NCBI GenBank assembly: GCA_965112155.1
Contig: OZ218103.1
DNA length: 64,000 nucleotides
Direction: 5' to 3' (one strand)
Source: Podarcis liolepis
Taxonomy: Eukaryota
How positions within the stretch are numbered: the first letter of the stretch is position 1; every line of letters begins with the position of its first letter. A program made the position numbers and the translations under genes. The notes under the pieces are model-generated. The model had not been told where the DNA came from. It saw nothing but the letters and a program-made list of their open reading frames with translations, and did no database searches. This document shows, in pieces, positions 1 through 11,991 of the stretch.

Positions 1-405
1 ATGGAGGAAGTGGATAGAGGAAACTTTTTATCCTGTTATAACAACAGGACTTGCAGACATCATATGAAGCTGAATATTGAAGGATTAAGAAAGTATTTCT
101 TCACAAGGTGTCACAGTTCAGCTATGGAATGATGGCCACCAACTTGGATGGCTTTAAAAAGAGGATTAGGCAAATTCATGGAGAATTGGGCTATCGATGG
201 CTAAAACAATGGCTATCAGCTGCCTCCCTGGTCAGAGGCAGTATCCTTCTGACTGTCAGGTGCTGGAAACAGCTGGAGGGGAGCTTGCTCTTCCACTCTG
301 GCCTGCTTGCAGGCTTCTGATAGGCATCTGGTTGGCCACTGTGAGAACAGGATGCTGAGCTAGATCTGGTTGGCCTGATCCAGCAGCGTCTTCTCGTGTT
401 CTTAC
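1..405 (+). mobile_element. CR1 LINE 3' end fragment
   Basis: Decayed CR1 ORF2 C-terminus (ggccaccaacttggatggctttaaaaagaggattag) plus 3' UTR (catctggttggccactgtgagaacaggatgct...ttctta); the same motifs recur near 32090-32470, 51690-51820 and 54740-54895. Confidence 0.7.
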
Positions 406-1063
406 TGGAATTGTCTCCAATTCCTCCACAGAGGCTACATGACGTAAAAGCTGATGTCACAACAAGTAGAAAACAATGGATGAATTATTTCCTGCAATAA
501 CAAAGAAAAACTTCCCCTGTTGATTTTGGACTGTGATGCCTCTCATAAAGCAAGGGGTGAGGAACCTGTGGACCTTCAGGTATTGTGGGACTCCAACTCC
601 CATCATCCCTGGTCATGAACCATGCTGGCTGAGGCCAATGGGAGTTTGGAGTCAGGAGAGTCATGGGTTTCCAACTCATCTTAAAGGCACAGAGCCTCTG
701 TCCATAAAAGTTGGTAGACTCTCCAAAGCTTCTCAGCCAACCACAATTCCTGGATGCAATTCCATGGGACAACATTGTGTCATGATATAATGCTGCATAC
801 CCTCCAACATTTCTCCGATGAAAATAGGGACATGGTATTCCATAATGATGATGGTGGTAATTATAATTTTACTATTTATACCCCACCAATCTGACTGGGT
901 TGCCCCAGCTACTCTGGGAGGCTTCCAATGTATATGAAAACATAACAAAAAATTAAACATTAAAAAAACACTTCCCTATACAGGGCTGCCTTCAGATGGC
1001 TCAGGGGTCAGATAACTCCATACCCCCCAACATTTCTCTGATGAAAATAGGGGTGTCCTAAGG

Positions 1064-1391
1064 GGGTGACGCTGTGGTCTAAACCACTGAGATCAGAAGG
1101 TTGGTGGTTTGAATCCCCACGACGGTGTGAGCTCCCACTGCTCAGTCCCAGCTCCTGCCAACCTAGCAGTTCGAAAGCACATCAAAGTGCAAGTAGATAA
1201 ATAGGTACCGCTCCAGCGGGAAGGTAAACGGCATTTCCGTGTGCTGCTCTGGTTTCGCCAGAAGCGGCTTAGTCACCCGGAAAAACTGCCTGCGGACAAA
1301 CGTCGGCTCCCTTGGCCAGTAAAGCGAGATGAGTGCCACAACCCCAGAGTCATTCGCGACTGGACTTAACTGTCAGGAATCCTTTACCTTT
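1064..1391 (+). mobile_element. Sauria SINE
   Basis: gctgtggtctaaaccactgag...gcaagtagataaataggtacc...cctttaccttt tail; flanked by ctaaggggg duplications; homologous to three other copies in the window. Confidence 0.85.
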
Positions 1392-2200
1392 CTAAGGGGG
1401 ACATTCCAGGATCAAATTAGAAGCTGGGACAGCTTCTGTAAATCCAGGGTTGTCCCTGGAAAATAGACTTGGAAGGTCTGATGTTGTATTGCGGATATTC
1501 TAGGAAGTGTGATCAGGCAAGAGGTTCTGGAGAGCCTCACAAGCAGGCACAAAACAAGGCTTTGTGTGTGTGGTGTTGGTGTTTAAAAGATGAGATGCCA
1601 TGGCAACCTCACAAAGTTAAATGGGTTAAGTGCAAAGTTCCAGCTCCCACATGTGAAAATCTCACCAAAATCTCCTCACCACCGCAGCAGACACACATAC
1701 CCACACCTCCCAAAGCAGCAGGAGACATTGTCAACGTTTCCTCCCTTGTGCTGACATGGTGGGGAGAAATCAGAGGCCTTTTCTGGGAATGCCCTAGGAG
1801 CCTTGGGGTGGTGGGGTGGAGAAGGTGTTGAACCATTTGCTCTGGAAGACGTGGGGGTGAGGGGGGAGAATGTTGGCTCTTGCACAAAGAAGGAATTTTC
1901 CTCTCCCTGGTGAGCCAGTGATAACCGATACCGGAGATAAACAAACGTAATTTGTAACAGTCTGACCGGAAACCACTCCTCCACTCTCCCCTGGGTCATG
2001 TTTCAGTGATGCAATCTTTTTTTTTCCCTCCAGGGGCACAAAGTGAAAAAGAAGGGGAATCTGAACCAGAGGTTTCTGATGAGGAAAAGGTGGCCAGAGA
2101 AGATGAATTATTTTTTGCAGTTTGCACTTTGACCACCCTCTTTCTAGTCAGGATTGCTGCCCAGCTGCAAGTGACATGCTCCTTGTATTATTAGAATATA

Positions 2201-2409
2201 CAGTGGTACCTCGGGTTACAGACGCTTCAGGTTACAGACTCTGCTAACTCAAAAATAGTACCTCGGGTTAAGAACTTTGCTTCAGGGTGAGAACAGAAAT
2301 TGCGTGGCGGCGGCGTGGTGGCAGCGGGAGACCCCATTAGCTAAAGTGGTACCTCAGGTTAAGAACAGACCTCCAAAACGAATTAAGTTCTTAACCCGAG
2401 GTACTACTG
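2201..2409. mobile_element. Tc1/mariner (Tigger-like) MITE
   Basis: TIRs CAGTGGTACCTCGGGTTA / TAACCCGAGGTACTACTG with TA target duplications at 2199-2200 and 2410-2411. Confidence 0.85.
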
Positions 2410-3515
2410 TATATTAAACATGCACAGTGGTCTCATCTGTGGAACATTTGTTTCGAATTTCTCCCTACCTTCTGAGGCTGACTTGCCAAATTTTCAAGTA
2501 ACTGAAGCAATACATATTGCCATCTCAAGGGGACAGAGACATGAGACGATCAAGTCCAGAATCTAAAAATACTTTCTGATCACACCTAAGATTTCATAAA
2601 AAGGAGGCTTGATGGGTTTTCTCAGGGAGGAAGTTTCACAGCCTGGGTACCACTGCAGAAAAGGCCCTGTCTCTGGTTTTCAAACCTTATTCAACGCAGT
2701 GGTCGAGAACCTGTGGCCTTCCAGTTATTCTTGGACCACATTTCCCATCAGCCCCAGCAAAGATGGCCAGCGGTAAAGGATAATGGGAGTTGTAGTTCAA
2801 CAACATCTAGCTAGCCCCAGGTTCCCCATTCTGCTTTGAAGGGATGGGGGAGGACAAACCTGAAATGGTGTATTGTCTTGATTTCAAATATACATTTAGA
2901 GGTCTTTTATAATGCCAGCTGCTGGATTTATTTGGTGACTATTCTTGGCACCCGATGCACATTACTGCACACTGCTAGAGCCATAGGTGTTCAACAGCAT
3001 CCAATGCTCATTTTGCAGGTGCTGTGGCTGCGCATGTGCTGGGCCTTATCCAGGAATGGAATGGGGATGGACTGCTTTTGTGACCCTGAAGCCACAACTG
3101 AAAACGGTCTTGGTACACCTGGGTTGACCTTGTTGATTCGTGAGCTCTCATGCTCCAAATCTCCCACTTCCGGAAGAAGAAAGGTCGCTGGGTTTGGTGA
3201 CAACGATGTTTTCAAAAGACAGCTAAGGATATGCAGTCCATCTTATTTATTATGGCTATTTATATGCTGCCTTTTACAAACATTCCTTTGGAAAAACCCC
3301 AAATTCAGGTAAAAGAAACTGCAAAAAAACTAATAAAGCAGTAGAATCCAAGCGGTATAAAACAAAACAAAAGGCTTGGGAAAATAAGGAGAGCCTTGCC
3401 TGATAATAACAAGGTGAGGGCAAGTATCTTTGAGAAGTCCCATTAATTCAGGTGCCCCTCTTTTCAGTAGCCAGCTGTGCCCACTTCAGATGGTGGAGAC
3501 ACTAGTGCAAGGCTC

Positions 3516-3650
3516 CAGTGGCGTAGCGTGGGTTGTCAGCACCCGGGGCAAGTAATTTGCGCCCCCTAACCCGTGGATTTGCGCCCCCTAACCCCCAGAT
3601 GTTGCGCCCGGTGCAGCCGGCCCCCCTGCACCCCCCACGCTACGCCACTG
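3516..3650. mobile_element. Young hAT-type MITE
   Basis: Perfect 17-bp TIRs CAGTGGCGTAGCGTGGG and an exact 8-bp TSD CAAGGCTC (3508-3515, 3651-3658); CpGs are intact. Confidence 0.9.
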
Positions 3651-5504
3651 CAAGGCTCTCTGTTTGAGGAAGTGCAAACTCACACTTTCTCAGCTACAAG
3701 CTGGCACAGGAAAAGATTAATAGAGAAGCACACCATTTTCTGTGCCCACACTATTATAAGGTAAGAGATAAAAGGGGCTGGGGTGTTCTGACCAATGAGG
3801 TGAAAAGTACTGAGCTGGCCCTCCCCAAAGGCAGAGTGAGGCAAGAGTCTCAGATAGCTGATTCCCTCCTCACCCCCACAATTTGTTATTGAGTTTAGGC
3901 AATTAATGCAAGGCAGACAATGGAAGATTTTACATAATGTAACATCAGACAGCTGGTTTCAGGTGTCAGGAGTAGCAGCAAGTTGCCAGTCCTTTTATTT
4001 ATTCTTGGTGTATTTTTACTACAGGGTGGGGGCTCAGGGGGGAAACTGGTCCTTGTGAGATTTTCAGCCAATATAACTTGACTGGTACTATTATTATCAT
4101 CCACTATGACTGGGAGGGGAGTGCCATTCTGCAGCAAGCTGCCTTGGGCTGGCCAGAGAGGAAATGAAGCCGGAATATAATTATTTATTATGTTTGTTTA
4201 GTCACTTGCCACCTAAGGAGGCTCCAAGCAGGAGAAATGGTTTTGAGGAGATATGGAGGGTGTTTGTAGAATTTGTACTGTTAAAACGGAAAGGGGTCAA
4301 ACCATCGCAAGAGGTGTTGAAATTTTGGGAGGTTTCAATGGAATGGTCTTGGTGGTGGGGTGCACATTTTTATTCTTATTTATTTATTATTATTACTTTG
4401 TAAAAAATAAATTAAAAAGAATGTATAAAATGTAAATAAATGTATAAAATATAAAGGAACGAATACAAGATTAAAAAAAGAAGACTTCGAGGAAAGTACA
4501 ATATTTTAAAAGCATAAAACATGGCAAAAAGTTGGAAAAAAAGAACATTGCAATAAAAGCCAACAAACCCAATAAAACAGCAACAACTGCAGCAGCTGAA
4601 ATATTCAACCAACAAACAGCAAAAACATCAATACCTGTCAAATGCCAGAGAGTTAAGAGATGTTGTTACCTGCTGCTAATAATGGCAGCAGGCAGAACTC
4701 ACTGAGTATATGACAGTTGTAGGAGAGGAAGAACTGATGGACACTTTTGGCCACCAGATTTTTGGATTCATATTTCTTAAGCTTTGGGACTTTGCCCAGT
4801 CCTGTCCTATACCTTAGTATGCGCAAACAGAGCCTCAAGTGGGTGTTAAGCTATGCAGAAAATCCTTCTGTTTTGTGGATAGCCAGCACTTTCAGTAAAA
4901 ACAAAACTGCAGAACTGAGAAGCAAATGTCACTCTGCAGATTCTTTTAAATATGATGCATTCAGGACAGCAGAGAGATGGGGAGCCTGCAGCCCTCCAGA
5001 TGTTTCTGGACTCCCAACTTTAATCTCAGAATCATAGAATTGTAGAGTTGGAAAGGAACCTGAGGATCATCAAGTCCAAGCCAGACCTGCAATGCTGGAA
5101 TATGCAGCTGTCCCGTAAGGGGATCAAATTTGCAACCCTGGCTTTATCAGCACCATGCTCTAATGCACACATAGGCAAACTCGGCCCTCCAGATTTTGGG
5201 ACTACAACTTCCATCATCCCTAGCTAACAGGACCAGTAGTCAGGGATGATGGGAGTTGTAGTCCCAAAGCAGCTGGAAGGCCGAGTTTGCCTATGCCTGC
5301 TCCAACCAACTGAGCTATCATCCAGTCAGTATGGACAGTGGTCAGGGATGATGGGAGTCCATAGTCCAAAAACAACTGAAGGACCGTAGGTTCCCCATAT
5401 CGAAATAGCAACTAACATCCCTGGAAAACATAATATGACCCAGTATTCAGGTGGCATATTTCAAAATATTCCAGCACTCATTAATCCTTACATGATCTCC
5501 TTAA

Positions 5505-5930
5505 TGTATCTGAAGAAGTGTGCATGCACACGAAAGCTCATACCAATAACAAACTTAGTTGGTCTCTAAGGTGCTACTAACGGGACGCGGGTGGCGCTGT
5601 GGGTTAAACCACAGAGTCTAGGACTTGCCGATTAGAAGGTCAGCGGTTCAAATCCCCATGATCGGGTGAGCTCCCGTTGCTCAGTTGCTGCTCCTGCCAA
5701 CCTAGTAGTTTGAAAGTGCATCAAAATGCAAGTAGATAAATAGGTACTGCTCCGGTGGGAAGGTAAACGGTGTTTCCGTGCACTGCTCTGGTTCGCCAGA
5801 AGCGGCTTAGTCATGCTGTACACTGGCTCCCTCGGCCAATAAAGCAAGATGAGCACCGCAAACCCAGAGTTGGTTACGACTGGACCTAATGGTCAGAGGT
5901 CCCTTTACCTTTAAGGTGCTACTGGAAGGA
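5505..5930 (+). mobile_element. Penelope-like element terminal fragment with hammerhead core, split by a Sauria SINE
   Basis: GTATCTGAAGAAGTGTGCATGCACACGAAAGCTCATACC...ttggtctctaaggtgctact resumes after the SINE as taaggtgctactggaagga; the uninterrupted form is at 15037-15330 (minus). Confidence 0.75.
5581..5911 (+). mobile_element. Sauria SINE
   Basis: gggacgcgggtggcgctgtggg head and cctttacctt tail; 12-bp TSD TAAGGTGCTACT at 5567-5578 and 5912-5923. Confidence 0.9.
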
Positions 5931-7149
5931 TTATTATTTTTTGTCCTTAATGTAAGTTAGTAGTATCTCCATTTTGCAGATATGGGGGCAGGAGGAGCTG
6001 AGAAACAATAAGCTTGGTGAAGGATTTCAAATGGCATGCTGGGTGCAAAAAGCAGACCTTTTAGCTTGTACTCCTAGGCATATTTACACAGAATTCAGCC
6101 CAGTTGTGGGCTTGTCTCCTAGGTGTGTGCATATGACTGCAGCATTAGTCACCATGTTAGACCAGCTCTAAAAACTCTGTTGACCCTTAAGCCAAGGCTG
6201 CACAGACTTCAGGTTTGTAGGATCTTCAGGCCGGTGGTAGGACTCTCCTCTGACTGCTCGGACCAATGTTTCTCTGCTGAATTATGACTTTGGATCCAAC
6301 ATGGTTGCCTGCAACAGTATGACTGATGGGCTGGAATCTGCGAGGGCTGGGAATTAATTTCTGCTGAGCAGAATTTTGCTGTGCATTATCTGTGATTCTA
6401 TGGTTCCCAATGCAGCTGAGCTTTGCGGCTTAAAGTGATAAGCAGAGTACAAAAAAATGTCCAGGTTAGTGTAGCTTTCTGATGGTGAAAGAAAACCTTG
6501 TGAACTGTAGCATGCCTGCCACACATAGTTAGCTTTCACTGCACATTTTGGAAAGCAGCAAAAACTTTGCTCCCTGGGATGTGGCAAAGCAACCGGAGTT
6601 GGTCTCCACACATTTAAACAGCTCCACCGCAAGCCAAAATAGGCTGGGCTTTCTTTGCGAAGCAACATGCCATTATGCTGCTGTGGCTTCGCTGTCTCTC
6701 CCAGCGCTCTTGGAGCATTCAGACAATTTCTTTGGCTCCCCAAGCCAAGCAAAGTCTGAATGGGAAGCCTCTTTATGCAGAACAGGAACTCCCAACACAA
6801 GGTCTTAGATTTCCCAGACTTCCAAAAGTTACAAATCAGAGGAAGTGCCATTTACAAGCTACCAAGAGGCCCAATTTCCCCATCAAAATTGTGTGTTTTT
6901 TTTAAAAAGAGATCATTCTTTAAATTTAGGACTTCTGTGGATGTACGAGGGGGGGGAGTGGCACTCATTAATTTTTTCATATTACCTGTACTGTCATCAG
7001 CACTCCCGTTGGCTTATGCCTATATGGGACTCTTATTCCCAGTTGAAGTAAGTGCCCTCCTTCTGAATTAGACTAAAATACCATCTAGACCAGCATTCTA
7101 CTTCCAGCAGTGAGCACATGTCCCAGGCATAAGGAAGATTCTTGCACGT

Positions 7150-8005
7150 AATCATAATAATAATTTATTTATATCCCGCCCATCTGGCTGGGTTTCCCCA
7201 GTCACTCTGGGCGGCTTCCAACAAAATATTAAAATACAGTAGTCCATCAAACATTAAAAGCTTCCCTAAACAGGGCTGCCTTCAGATGTCTTCTAAAAGT
7301 CTGGTAGTTGTTCTCTTCGACATCTGGTAGGAGGGCGTTCCACAAGGCAGGCGCCACTACTGAGAAGGCCCTCTGTCTAGTTCCCTGTAACTTGGCTTCT
7401 CGCAGTGAGGGAACCGCCAGAAGGCCCTCGGCGCTGGACCTCAGTGTCTAGGCTGAACGATGGGGGTGGAGACGCTCCTTCAGGTATACTGGACCGAGGC
7501 CATTTACGGGCTTTAAAAGTCAGCACCAACACTTTGAATTGTGCTCAGAAACATACTGGGAGCCAATGTAGGCATTTCAAGATTGGTGTTATGTGGTCCC
7601 GGTGGCCACTCCCAGTCACCAGTCTAGCTGCCACATTCTGGATTAGTTGTAGTTTCCGGGTCACCTTCAAAGGTAGCCCCACATAGAGTGCATTGCAGTA
7701 GTCCAAGCGAGAGATAACCAGAGCATGCACCACTCTGGTGAGACAGTCCGCGGACACATAGGGTCTCAGCCTGCCTACCAGATGGAGCTGGTAGACAGCT
7801 GCCCTGGACACAGAATTAACCTGGCCTCCATGGACAACTGTGAGTCCAAAATGACACCCAGGCTGTGCAGCTGATGCTTCAGGGGCAGAGTTACCCCATT
7901 CAGGACCAGCGAGTCCTCCACACCTGCCCACCTCCTGTCCCCCCAAAACAGGACTTGTGTCTTGTCAGGATTCAACCTCAATCTGTTGGCCACCATCCAT
8001 CCTCC
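7150..8005 (-). mobile_element. L2-clade LINE, 5'-truncated, RT C-terminus plus 3' tail
   Basis: Frameshifted peptides ANRLRLNPDKTQVL and VVHALVISRLDYCNALYVGLPLKVTRKLQLIQNVAARL (ORFs 7775-7996 and 7545-7946). Tail-only copies lie near 860-990, 12430-12545, 15950-16130 and 57950-58000. Confidence 0.9.
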
Positions 8006-8699
8006 AAGGCAGGAGTGGGGAACTTCAGAACCAGGAACCGAATAACTGAACTTCGGGACTCTTCCCCCTCATTGGCCCTGTTCTTTGCCCAGTGTCAGGG
8101 ACTGGCTGGCTGAAGGAATGGTGGGAGGCACCAGCCGGGGAACCCCAAGGGAAACCTCAGAGGAGGAAGGCTCAGAACCCAGGGGATTGGTGGTGGGGGG
8201 CCAGAGGGAAAAGATTGGGAAGAGGTACTGGATACTGAAGGACCAACAGGGGTATGTGAGCAGGAAGAGCCGGTGACAGGGGGCAGTCCAGATTCTGAGG
8301 CTGAAGCAGAGGAGGGGGGTCGAGAGGCTGTAGAAGAATCCAGGGTGTCTCCCTCTCCTGCTGAGACAAGCTCCCCTAGCCCCTGGTCTGCAAGAACATG
8401 CAGAATAACGAGGAGAGCAGAACAGAGGCCAGAGGTGTGCAGACACAGTTCAACACTGCTTGGGAAACATCCAGGAGGGGAGGAGCCTTAGAAAGGGTAG
8501 AAGGCCCCTTTGTCTGAAGAGGCACTTCTACATGTTCCGGTGGTCCTACGGGGTCACCACTTTGGACTCAAAACAGACATCATGCACACAGGCAGGGCTA
8601 GAGCCTTTGGGCTGGTCCGTGCGAGTAAAGGGAGATGAGTCAAAACCTACCCAATATTCATCCCCTTAATAGAATTATGCAAGAGAAAGCAGGATTTTT

Positions 8700-11164
8700 A
8701 TTTTTTTTAAGAAAGTACCAGTTTATTTTATCAAATCAGTGACAGTGAAAACAAAAGCAAATATACAAGAAATCTCATTTGAGCAATCAGGAGGCAGACA
8801 TGTTTTCCAAGCAATCGTTATAAAAATGTGTTAAGTATATAATCCTCCCCACTCAGCCCCCTACCCCAAACTAAACAATTCCAGAAGCCAAGTTTGAAAA
8901 GACTTGTGCTTGTGCCAAAGCAAAATCCATTCCACAGACTTAAAACTTTACCCATATGTTCATCAGAGCAGTCTAACATACACATGATCAAAAATCATCG
9001 CATGAATTCACTGCCAAAAGTGTTTTGTTTTTGTTTTTAAGGGAAGGCAAGCTGTACATTGTTCTGGTAACGTCTTATCAGAGAACCTTGCACAGGCCCC
9101 TTCTGTTCACGCAAGGACCACAAAGTTAAGTGTTAAGACTATGTCACGTTTTTAAAAGCTACAGCTCAAAGAATGCAAGTAGTTCAAGATTATGCCAGGA
9201 TCTGTGTGGTTAGGAGATGGCCTTGTGCTGCACAGTACCCGATTTCCTGCAAATTACACAGCCACCTCCCCACTGCACGGAGACCTCCCTTTGCTCTCAG
9301 AGGCGACAAGACTGTGCAGATGCAATCTGATCACATCGGAATCAAGTGGGGCCCTGGAAAGCAACTTCCGAAGAGACTCGCTTCCTAGGAAATCCAGCTT
9401 ACACCAGATACACTGCAAGTCACAGCAGCCGTAGTCCATGCAATGCAGCTTAAAGGTCCTTGTAATACCACTATCTACATCCCCAACCCAAAGATCTAGG
9501 ATCTAAGCCTAGCTCCGCTGCACCAGTTGCACACTTTCCTCCAAACGAGGGGTGAGGAATCTCAAGCCAGGATGCCAAACACAAACCTCTAGGTCTAGGA
9601 CACTACCTGCCTCTGAAGACTCTCCCCAGGCAACACACCTCTTCATATCCCCTTTCTGCCTGGCTAGAAGGTGTCCTTCAATTCTGAGAGTGCCTTTGGT
9701 TGCCTGGATGGAGCAGAGAAATTAGCAAAGGCAACATTTACATTCACTGGTTTACCCACTTTTGCTCCTGCTCACTACTAGCATGTGGTGGTCCTAGAAG
9801 TTTGCCCAGCTGGAAAGGTGGTCCTTAGCCCAAAACGAAAAAGAAAAGAGAAGAAACCACTTCCCCGCCCCCACTTTAATCTTTGCACAGCACAGACATC
9901 TTCGAAACTTTTGTACCATTCTGACATAACCACCAGTGGATGAAGATTCTCCCCAACAGGAACCAGCATTTACAGTCAGGTAGAACCAGCAGGTGGAGAA
10001 AAAGCTTGGCCCTGAAGATGCTCTTCTTTAGAAGAGGAACAGCAATGTGCCATTCGGAACGCTGAAAGCCAATAGCCTCAATTAAGAGCCCAAAAGAAAA
10101 ACAAATATGTATTTGGAGCCTCTTGGCACTTGCCTGAAGGGGGAATAGCAACTTTGCACAGAGACACCGCTCTCCGTACCAAACAGCTTCTGAAGTCTGT
10201 CTTCTGTCACCCCGTGGCATTAAAAGGGCAGAAGCAAACAGCAGCATGTGGCCGAATCATGCCCACACCCCCAGCAGTGAAATTCCATGCTGCCTGTGCA
10301 GTGAAGCTGGGTGTAAAAGCTAGACTCCAACCCACACAGCTGAATTGTTCAGCTGCCATTGAGTAGCAACACCGTATGTGAAGTAATGACTCCATCGAGA
10401 AGAGGAAGACATTTAGGGGAACTCTGCAAGGAAGAGAGCAGCCCAGCACCCCTTGCAGGAAGGCTGTACAAAACCTCAAGTGTGCATTTTACTGGAATAT
10501 ATATATTATAGAGCTCCACAGCACTGATAATAGGCTAAAAACACAAACCTCCAATTATATTTTAGTCATGTTCAAAGAAATCTGATTTTTGCAGACAGAC
10601 ATTAATTCTAGCAGAACTTATTGCCTTCGGGTATAGTACACAGAATCAAGCTTAAATAGTTTTCACAATCATTAGGAGTTTCATTATATTAGTGTTTTAC
10701 GTATAAAAAGAAGAGTTACCAAAAACAGAGCAGCCATCTTAGAAAGTATAAATAGCTCTATATAAAAACAACAACCCAGAAACTTATTTGCTTTTACTCC
10801 AGAAAATATATTTATAATTATATATAAATATTCTCTTCTCAACTGCCTAGAATAGCCTATGATATGAGCTTAGAGAGCTTTAACATACTGTAGCTGCTGC
10901 ATCGGTTCTGGCAATGAGCGATATAAAATGCCATTCATCTGGAGAGATGTCCAGCAAAGGGGGAAAAGGGGACTTAAAAAAAAAACAGAACTCATGAAAA
11001 TTACAAAATATATATACTTTTTAAAATTTCGGAATACTTTCTACAAACTTGTATAGGAAGGGAATTTTTCTTAGCGTCTTTTATTTAAGGAAACCCTCTT
11101 CTAAAAATAAAAAAGGTATTTCTTCAACTCAGCTCCATTTAAAAAGTGGGAGACATCCCCCCTG

Positions 11165-11212
<48 letters not shown>

Positions 11213-11836
11213 TTCTGCTTTTATAGGCTACCCAGCCCTCTCTCCACCAAGGAAGAAATCATCTCTTCACACAGCCGCATCCAAAATAGTACTGAGATAC
11301 TCAAGTCTGCAGAGAGCAGATCTGCTCTCTCCCAAGGCTAACGTGCACTGTAGCGCAGGAGATTTCATAAATATGTTCTTTACAAAAAAAAGAAAAAGCA
11401 TTGTAGAGCTAGCCCCGCTACAGGTCAACCTTCTTACAGGTAGAAATGAACTTATACCTTTTTCTGCAGACAAGACAAGTTGGAGCACTGCGACCAAATG
11501 CGAACAGTTTCACATCCGAAAAACCCTTCACCCAACCAAAACAGAGCATTTGGCAAAATTTGCTTTGCTTTTCAGGACACATGCACACTCGCACACCCCA
11601 CAAGGGTTTTTTTCTCCCTAGGACGCTGCCTTTTTCTTTTTTTTTACTTTGCGTCCTTGTTGGCTAGCGGGATGGGAAGGGTCACAAAGTTTTTATATAT
11701 ATATAAAAAAATCACTTTGACGGTTAGATCCAAGAGAGCATTTGTCTCAGAGCTTCTTGTCCGCGGTCCAAATGCTTTTTTTTTCCCCCCAAAGTCCGTT
11801 TCTGACTCCCAAATGGGTTTGTGTCGTTGGCAAGCC
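8700..11836 (-). other. SDC4: SDC4 3' UTR (3' end uncertain)
   Basis: Largely repeat-poor, AU-rich sequence downstream of the stop. Candidate poly(A) signals on the minus strand are AGTAAA at 10493-10488 and AATAAA at 8727-8722. Confidence 0.5.
11166..11210. repeat. (CA)22 microsatellite in the SDC4 3' UTR
   Basis: Read directly from the sequence. Confidence 0.97.
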
Positions 11837-11991
11837 TTAGGCGTAGAATTCGTTTGTGGGTGCTTTCTTGTAGATCGGCTTCTTGCCCAGGTCGTAACTG
11901 CCCTCGTCCTTTTTCTTCATGCGATAGATCAGGAGGAGGATTGGGAAGACAGCAAACAGCAGCAACCCGACTGCCCCACCTGCAATAAGAG
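11837..11991 (-). CDS. SDC4: Syndecan-4 coding exon 5 (transmembrane and cytoplasmic domain, ending EFYA-stop)
   Basis: cttccAG acceptor; [28 protein letters not shown] is the SDC4-specific C1-V-C2 tail with the PDZ-binding EFYA; TAA stop at 11839-11837. Confidence 0.98.

Noticed and set aside
7545-7996. RT-like ORFs as a functional gene
   Set aside because: Frameshifted, 5'-truncated L2 remnant.
8093-8560. Purine-rich acidic ORF-like stretch (SEEEGSE, EAEAEEGG)
   Set aside because: Broken across frames with no splice signals; more consistent with an unclassified interspersed repeat than an exon.
1-8600. RBPJL exons expected downstream of SDC4 by synteny
   Set aside because: No CSL-family peptide was recognisable in the frames I examined.
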